DNA of 12,597 nt, from assembly GCA_033762115.1 (NCBI GenBank), contig JANRLX010000104.1, positions 1 to 12,597 on the forward strand, read 5' to 3'. The notes under the pieces are model-generated. The model made no database searches and had not been told where the DNA came from. It saw nothing but the letters and a program-made list of their open reading frames with translations. This DNA comes from Verrucomicrobiota bacterium (lineage in GTDB: Bacteria > Verrucomicrobiota > Verrucomicrobiia > Limisphaerales > SXQI01). How positions within the stretch are numbered: the first letter of the stretch is position 1; every line of letters starts with the position of its first letter. Below, piece by piece: positions 7,227 through 12,597 of this stretch. The position numbers and the translations under genes were made by a program.

Positions 7227-8663
7227 ATGAACGGCATTTTGAAGATTGGATCGATTGCTCTGCTTGTGTTGACAACAGGCGGGGCGTTGGCCGCAGACGC
7301 AAAGAAAAGCAAAAAGGAGGAAGCGAAAGCGCCCGCCGGGCCGGTGAGCTTTGCGCCGATGCCGGAGGGGCATGAGCTGGCCTCGTTGTGGAACAGCCCG
7401 GAGTTCACGAAGCGGCTGGTGGGTTCGTACGGATTTGACTCGAACGTGGAGCCACGATTGACGCCGGATGAACAGGCGGTTTACCGGGACAAGGTAGTGC
7501 CGATTTTGCAGGAGGACCCGAAGAAGGCGATCACGACTTTGGAAGGAATGGTGAAGCCGAATGCGAGTGCGTTGTTCGATTTCACGCTGGGGAATTTATA
7601 TTTCCAAACGGAGGATTTGACGAATGCGGTGAAGTATTTCGAAATGGCGATTTCGAAGTTTCCCGATTTTCGCCGTGCGCACAAGAACCTTGGGTTTGCG
7701 CTGGTGCGGGACGGGAAGTATGAAGCGGCGATCAAGCCGTTGCTGAAGACGGTGTCGCTGGGCGGGGGAGATGGACAGATTTTCGGGATCCTCGGTTTTG
7801 CCTATACCAGCATCAACAAGCCGGTGTCGGCGGAGGGGGCATATCGCCAGGCGTTGGTGTTCGAGCCGGAGAATTACGATTTGAAGCTGGGGCTGGTGAA
7901 AAGTTCGATTGCGACGGCGAATTACGATTACGCGCTGGGGTTGCTGGATGAAATGATCCAGAGCTACCCGGACCGGGCGAACCTCTGGAACCTTCACGCG
8001 AACATTCATATCCAGAAGGAGCAGCCGATGCTCGCGGCATTGAGCCTTGAGATGTTGCGCCGGATGGGAAAAGCGAATTCGCAAAATCTGTTTTTGCTGG
8101 GGGACTTGTACATGTCCCAGGAAGCAAAAGATCTGGCTTTGAATGCGTATATGACCGCGATCCAGCAGGATGAGGGAAAGAATGTGGCGAAGGCATTGCG
8201 GCCTGCGCAAATCCTGGTAAGCCAGGGAGCATGGGATGAGGCTCGGACGCTGTTTGCGACCATTCGCACGACTGGTGGTGGAGTGACGGGGGCGGATGAA
8301 TTAAAGTTGTTGAAGTTGGAGGCGAAAGTGGCAATGACCGCGGGAGACCCGGAGCAGGGGATCAAAACGATTGAAGAAATCGTGCAGAAGGATCCGCTGG
8401 ATGGGGAGGCGTTATTGATCGCGGGGGATTACTACGCCAAGGCAGGGGAGAAGGAGAAAGCGGTTTTCCGTTATGAAACAGCGAGCAAGGTTTCAGGGTT
8501 CGAGGCGGATGCGTTTGTGAAGCATGCGCAATTGCTGGTGCAGTCGCAAAAGTATAACCAGGCGGTGGAGCTGCTGAGGAAAGCGCAGAAAGCCAAGCCG
8601 CGGGACAATGTCCAGCGGTACCTCGAAAAAGTGGAGCAGTTGGCGAGGGCGGGCCAATCTTAA
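7227..8663 (+). CDS. Periplasmic tetratricopeptide-repeat protein (TtpD-like)
   Basis: AGGAG at 7215-7219 before ATG 7227 and signal peptide (IGSIALLVLTTGGALA). Many TPR units, e.g. FTLGNLYFQTEDLTNAVKYFEMAISKFPDFRRAHKNLGFALVRDGKYEAAIKPL and AEGAYRQALVFEPEN. Confidence 0.9.
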   Translation: MNGILKIGSIALLVLTTGGALAADAKKSKKEEAKAPAGPVSFAPMPEGHELASLWNSPEFTKRLVGSYGFDSNVEPRLTPDEQAVYRDKVVPILQEDPKKAITTLEGMVKPNASALFDFTLGNLYFQTEDLTNAVKYFEMAISKFPDFRRAHKNLGFALVRDGKYEAAIKPLLKTVSLGGGDGQIFGILGFAYTSINKPVSAEGAYRQALVFEPENYDLKLGLVKSSIATANYDYALGLLDEMIQSYPDRANLWNLHANIHIQKEQPMLAALSLEMLRRMGKANSQNLFLLGDLYMSQEAKDLALNAYMTAIQQDEGKNVAKALRPAQILVSQGAWDEARTLFATIRTTGGGVTGADELKLLKLEAKVAMTAGDPEQGIKTIEEIVQKDPLDGEALLIAGDYYAKAGEKEKAVFRYETASKVSGFEADAFVKHAQLLVQSQKYNQAVELLRKAQKAKPRDNVQRYLEKVEQLARAGQS

Positions 8664-8682
8664 GCGGGCACTTATAATTTTC

Positions 8683-11600
8683 ATGATTCGTCACCTCGCA
8701 ATTCCAAACGCCCTGCGTGTTGTCACGGGGGAGGCAGGTCGATTGCGAAATGGCTGGAATGAAGCATTGGGCGTGATGGCAATGAGATTTTTGGCGGTGG
8801 CGTGGCTGGTATTTCTGAGTGGGCTGGGAAACCGGGTGGCGCAGGCGCAGGAGGCAGGGGCGGTGACGGGGAATGTGGTGAGCACGTGGGATGTGAGCCC
8901 GATTCCCGGGGTGATTGTGACGGTGCGCGGGACGACCCTGGCAACGAAAACCGATAACAGCGGACGTTTTCTATTGAACGGTGTGCCTGCGGGGGACCAG
9001 GTGCTGCGTTTTACCAAGGCAGGTTTCGCCAGCCTGGTGGTGACGGATGTGCGGGTGTTGATGGGGCAAACGAACGTGGTGAATGCGAATTTGCGCCCGG
9101 AATTTTACGAGCTGGAAGAGTATGTGGTGACGGCGGAGGAATTGGTGACGCAGGACACCGCGCTGCGACTGGAGCGGCAACAATCAGCGAATTTCATGGA
9201 ATCGATTTCAGCGGACCGTTTTTCCCGATTGGGAGCGGGTGACGCGAGCGAGATCATGACGAAGATCACGGGGGTCTCTGTGGTTGGGAAGTTCGCGGTG
9301 GTGCGTGGGTTAAGCGATCGCTACAACATGACGCTGCTGAACGGGGGGGAAGTGCCGACTTCCGATCCTTACAGCCGGTCAGTGCAACTGGATTTGTTTC
9401 CGTCTGATTTGATCGAGAACGTGGTGGTTAATAAAACGTTCACACCTGACCTGCCGGGCGGGTTCGGGGGTGCGGCAATGGATATCATCACGAAATCGTT
9501 CCCGGAAAAATTCATTTTTAAAGCGTCGGTGGGGATTGGGTATAACAACCAGTCCACGTTCAATGAGGATTATCTGACTTACAAGGGGGGGGGGCTGGAC
9601 GCGTTCGGGATGGATGACGGGACGCGGGAGTTGCCGGGGGAATTGGCAGGTATCGATGGAACGGAATTACAGCGGTTGTTGGCAACGGCGAGTTCTGGAA
9701 GCCGGAACACTCCCCAAAGTGCCAAGGCAGCGGCTTCGGCTGAGTTGTATCGATTGACCCATTCATTTGGTTCCCGGGAGATGGGGCCGAAGAGGGAAGC
9801 ACCGCCCATAGACCATGATTTCAGTTTCCTGGTGGGTGACACCCTGAAACTGGGAGAGAGGCCGCTGGGTTATTTCGCCAGCCTGAATTATGAGCGGGAT
9901 TACCGCTATTCCGATAACGCGGTGCGTTCCCGTTACAACCCGGGAAGCAATACCGATCCGACGCCGGTACTTACTGAAGATTACGAAAGCGATTTTTCCG
10001 AGACAAAAGCACAATGGTCAAGCCTGGTGAACCTGGCCTATCAAATCGCCGAGGAGCATGAGGTGGGTTTCAATTTTCTTTATTCACAGGTGGGTGAGGA
10101 CAACGCCCGGAAGATGGTGGGCAGGATCACCACGTCGAGCCTGGACCAGTTGGCGCCCGGGAGCACGCAACGAACCCATCGGGACACGTTGTATTATCTG
10201 GAGCGCAACCTGACGTCCTACCAGTTGAAAGGAAACCATGTCATTGATTCGTTGAATCGGCTCGGTGTGGATTGGCTGGGATCGATTGCCTCGGCCTACC
10301 AGGATGAGCCGGACCTGAGATTTTATAATTTTATTTCGGACGTGGACCCGAATGACCCGACCGGGTCACAGCGCTACATCGAAGTGGGGCAGAACAACAT
10401 TCCAACACCGAGCGATCCGACACGATATTTCAGGCACCTGGATGATAATGTGAAAAATGGAAAGATTGATTTGACCTATCCGTTCCAGGATCCGCGGGAG
10501 TTGGAATGGAAAGTCAAAAGCGGGTTGTTCACCAGCCGGTCTGAGCGTGATTTCACGGAGCGGACCTTCTTTTACAGGGGTTTGACGAATGGACCAGGGA
10601 ACCCGGATCAGTGGTCGAACCAGAACCCTTTTCCTGACCCTCAACCCCCAACCACGCCCACGGGCGGGTACGATCAGGGGGGGTATATTTCATCACCTGT
10701 CGGCAATTCCTTTTACACGGGTGAACAGATTATCGACGCAGCGTATGGGATGGTGGAAATTCCGGTGTTATCGAAGGTGAGCATTGTGGGTGGGGTGCGG
10801 TATGAGACAACGCACTTAACGACGACCGCACCGGCAGCGACCGGTTTAATCGACCAGGAGGACCTGTTACCAGCGATTTCCCTGACGTGGCGATTTGTGA
10901 CAAACATGAATGTGCGGCTGAGCTATGCGGAGACGGTGGCGCGGCCGATCTACCGTGAGTTTACCTATTACCAAAGTGATGACATTTTCACCCAGGATAC
11001 GATTGTGGGGAACCCGTTCCTGGAGATGTCCGCGCTGAAGAATTATGACATCCGCTGGGAATGGTATCTTGAAAACGGCGGGATGTTTTCAGTAGGCGGG
11101 TTTTATAAAACGGTAGAGAAACCAATCGAACGGGTGTCTGGTGAAGTCAGCCAGAGTGGTGATTTTAATGTGGGTTTTGATAAGATTACTTATCTTAATG
11201 GACCGGAGGCAACGCTTTGGGGGATTGAGTTTGAAATGCGGCACAATCTATCTTCGTTGGATCCGTTGCTGGATTTGTTGAGTGTGGGTTTTAACTTTGC
11301 CTTGATAGAATCCGAAGTGGATAATATTTCTCAATTCAGGGATCTAAAACTTCTAAATACAGGGCGGGATGTTCCTACCCGGCCATTATATGATCAATCG
11401 CCTTATATTATAAATGCAGATATTTCCTATGACAATCCGCGAACCGGTTCGGCTGCGACGCTGGCCTATTATTTTGCGGCGGAGCGGCTCTATCTCATTA
11501 CTGGCACTTATGATGTTTATGAGCAGGGGGCGGGGCAGCTGGATTTCCAGTTCACCCAGAAATTGAGCGAGCATTTCAAGCTGAAATTTTCCGCCAAGAA

Positions 11601-11721
11601 CATCATGAACCCGAAATTCATCCGTTCTTATGCCTTCGCGGATGAAACGGACACGCAGTTTGTTTATTCCTCCTACCGGAAAGGTGTGACCCTGGGATTG
11701 TCCCTTTCCTACGAGTATTGA
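8683..11721 (+). CDS. TonB-dependent receptor with N-terminal carboxypeptidase-regulatory-like domain
   Basis: Signal peptide ending VAQA; CarboxypepD_reg-like domain (GAVTGNVV..IPGVIVTVRGT..TDNSGRFLLNGVPAG); TonB-box-like LEEYVVTA (9112-9135); plug VVRGLSDRYN..LNG..DLFPSDLIENVVVNKTFTPD..GGAAMDIITK; barrel motifs GNPFLE..NYDIRWEWY and FSAKNIMN; terminal beta-signal LSLSYEY. Start uncertain (ATG 8683, 8776 or 8782). Confidence 0.95.
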   Translation: MIRHLAIPNALRVVTGEAGRLRNGWNEALGVMAMRFLAVAWLVFLSGLGNRVAQAQEAGAVTGNVVSTWDVSPIPGVIVTVRGTTLATKTDNSGRFLLNGVPAGDQVLRFTKAGFASLVVTDVRVLMGQTNVVNANLRPEFYELEEYVVTAEELVTQDTALRLERQQSANFMESISADRFSRLGAGDASEIMTKITGVSVVGKFAVVRGLSDRYNMTLLNGGEVPTSDPYSRSVQLDLFPSDLIENVVVNKTFTPDLPGGFGGAAMDIITKSFPEKFIFKASVGIGYNNQSTFNEDYLTYKGGGLDAFGMDDGTRELPGELAGIDGTELQRLLATASSGSRNTPQSAKAAASAELYRLTHSFGSREMGPKREAPPIDHDFSFLVGDTLKLGERPLGYFASLNYERDYRYSDNAVRSRYNPGSNTDPTPVLTEDYESDFSETKAQWSSLVNLAYQIAEEHEVGFNFLYSQVGEDNARKMVGRITTSSLDQLAPGSTQRTHRDTLYYLERNLTSYQLKGNHVIDSLNRLGVDWLGSIASAYQDEPDLRFYNFISDVDPNDPTGSQRYIEVGQNNIPTPSDPTRYFRHLDDNVKNGKIDLTYPFQDPRELEWKVKSGLFTSRSERDFTERTFFYRGLTNGPGNPDQWSNQNPFPDPQPPTTPTGGYDQGGYISSPVGNSFYTGEQIIDAAYGMVEIPVLSKVSIVGGVRYETTHLTTTAPAATGLIDQEDLLPAISLTWRFVTNMNVRLSYAETVARPIYREFTYYQSDDIFTQDTIVGNPFLEMSALKNYDIRWEWYLENGGMFSVGGFYKTVEKPIERVSGEVSQSGDFNVGFDKITYLNGPEATLWGIEFEMRHNLSSLDPLLDLLSVGFNFALIESEVDNISQFRDLKLLNTGRDVPTRPLYDQSPYIINADISYDNPRTGSAATLAYYFAAERLYLITGTYDVYEQGAGQLDFQFTQKLSEHFKLKFSAKNIMNPKFIRSYAFADETDTQFVYSSYRKGVTLGLSLSYEY

Positions 11722-11897
11722 GCCGCGGGGGAGGGTAGTGGGGATTTTTGTTCAGAGTGAAAGGTTGAGAAGAAATTTCGGGGAAAAGGGGCCTGGGAGG
11801 TGGGGGGGAGGTTTTGGCCGGAGTTTTAAGGGGTATATCCAGTTTTTGCAGGGAAATGAAGCGATTTTGTCAATCAGGCGACCCCTGGGGCAGTAAT

Positions 11898-12016
11898 CGG
11901 ACATGCAAAATCCGGATAAGGGACACGGTCACAACAAAGTTGCAAAACTTAGCTTGGTACAAAGCGACCAAAAATGAGAAAAAATCAGAGTTCAAGGATG
12001 CTTTGATCTGAGAACT
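11898..12016 (+). promoter_or_regulatory. Candidate structured 5' leader of the downstream secreted-protein gene
   Basis: Successive stems separated by A-rich spacers: CGGA/TCCG; GGTC/GACC enclosing AAGTT-GCAA-AACTT and GCTT-GGTACA-AAGC; TCAGA-gt-TCAAGG-atg-CTTTGA-TCTGA. No known riboswitch class recognised. Confidence 0.35.
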
Positions 12017-12045
12017 GAAAAAATACGGGCAGAAAACCATTAAAC

Positions 12046-12597
12046 ATGAAAAGCAAATTACAACAAACCGCAAAAATCGCGGGTCTGGTTGTCGCTGCGA
12101 TAGCTTTGTGCTACGCGGAGGACGCCCAGGCCAACGTGGTGTCGGATCCTGTAACAGCCAGCAAGCTGACTGTTAATCCCGGCGCTAATTTCATCTCCGC
12201 TCCTGGCCACAAAACTCCACTTTTCACCGGCTCAGTCACCGCAGTCAGCGGGGACGTGGTGACAATTGGGGGGACTTTGACAGCAGGCGCGCTAAACAAG
12301 GTTGATCTCGATGGATTTGGGACCTTCGCCCATCAGTACACCCTTGTGATTCGCCATGACAGGTCGGCTGACGGAGCTGGAACCCAGGGTGACTGGTTCA
12401 CCGTGGAATCCAACACGGCAACGACTGTGACAGTGACTCCGGATGGTTTCGGCGCGACCAGCACACGGATCGCAGCCGGGGACATCGTGGAAATCTACAA
12501 GATGACTTCGCTGAATGACGTGTTCGGCGCAGGAGCGACCCTGAAGATCGCCGCTGACGTGAACTTCGACGGTGCGAGCGGTGACTCAGTGAACACG
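12046..12597 (+). CDS. Secreted beta-rich protein resembling the verrucomicrobial TIGR02597 family; 3' end outside the window
   Basis: Manual translation is open for 184 codons: MKSKLQQTAKIAGLVVAAIALCYAEDAQA|NVVSDPVTASKLTVNPGANFISAPGHKTPLFTGSVTAVSGDVVT...QGDWFTVESNTATTVTV...IAAGDIVEIYKMTSLNDVFG. It has an AQA signal peptidase site. The SDPV, F-x-G-x-V, G-x-x-F-x-V-x-x-NTATT, GD-x-x-x-I and L-x-x-VFG pattern matches my recollection of TIGR02597. The CDS itself is clear; the family call is moderate. Confidence 0.8.
   Translation, partial: MKSKLQQTAKIAGLVVAAIALCYAEDAQANVVSDPVTASKLTVNPGANFISAPGHKTPLFTGSVTAVSGDVVTIGGTLTAGALNKVDLDGFGTFAHQYTLVIRHDRSADGAGTQGDWFTVESNTATTVTVTPDGFGATSTRIAAGDIVEIYKMTSLNDVFGAGATLKIAADVNFDGASGDSVNT

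Noticed and set aside
6197..7408. 403-aa minus-strand ORF
   Set aside because: Antisense to exbD, tonB and the TPR gene. It is Arg/His/Pro-rich with no recognisable motif, as expected from codon bias.
2131..11574. Numerous other short minus-strand ORFs across the + strand genes
   Set aside because: All overlap well-supported + strand genes and have the Pro/Ser-rich composition produced by the G skew.
11890..12016. c-di-GMP-I, cobalamin or TPP riboswitch
   Set aside because: GCAAA and GGTCAC words occur, but the conserved cores and stem order of these classes were not found.
11814..12299. Track ORFs 11814..12011(+), 11870..12073(-) and 12111..12299(-)
   Set aside because: Short, with no coding signature. 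They lie in the leader region or antisense to the 12046 CDS.
1..12597. CRISPR array, tRNA/rRNA, transposase or integrase
   Set aside because: No regularly spaced repeats, RNA-gene signatures or recombinase motifs were seen by eye.

Overview
Bacterial cell-envelope region, about 55-60% GC with a strongly G-rich + strand. Gene content and style suggest Verrucomicrobiota (inference). The core is a tightly packed + strand operon (3252-11721): DUF3450-like protein, large TtpC-like ExbB/MotA, small ExbB, ExbD, TonB, TPR protein and a TonB-dependent receptor with an N-terminal carboxypeptidase-regulatory-like extension. This is the layout of the Vibrio TtpB-TtpC-ExbB2-ExbD2-TonB2-TtpD system, here with its own receptor. 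Upstream of the operon are direct repeats in 11-bp phase resembling a Pho box. Downstream, a structured leader precedes a secreted TIGR02597-like protein (from 12046, runs off the window and is missing from the ORF track). Left of the operon are a secreted FN3/Ig-like protein (+), an orphan coiled-coil protein (-) and a secreted HAF-repeat protein (-, runs off the left edge, also missing from the ORF track). No RNA genes, CRISPR arrays or mobile elements were recognised. All family calls come from motif recognition by eye, not database searches.
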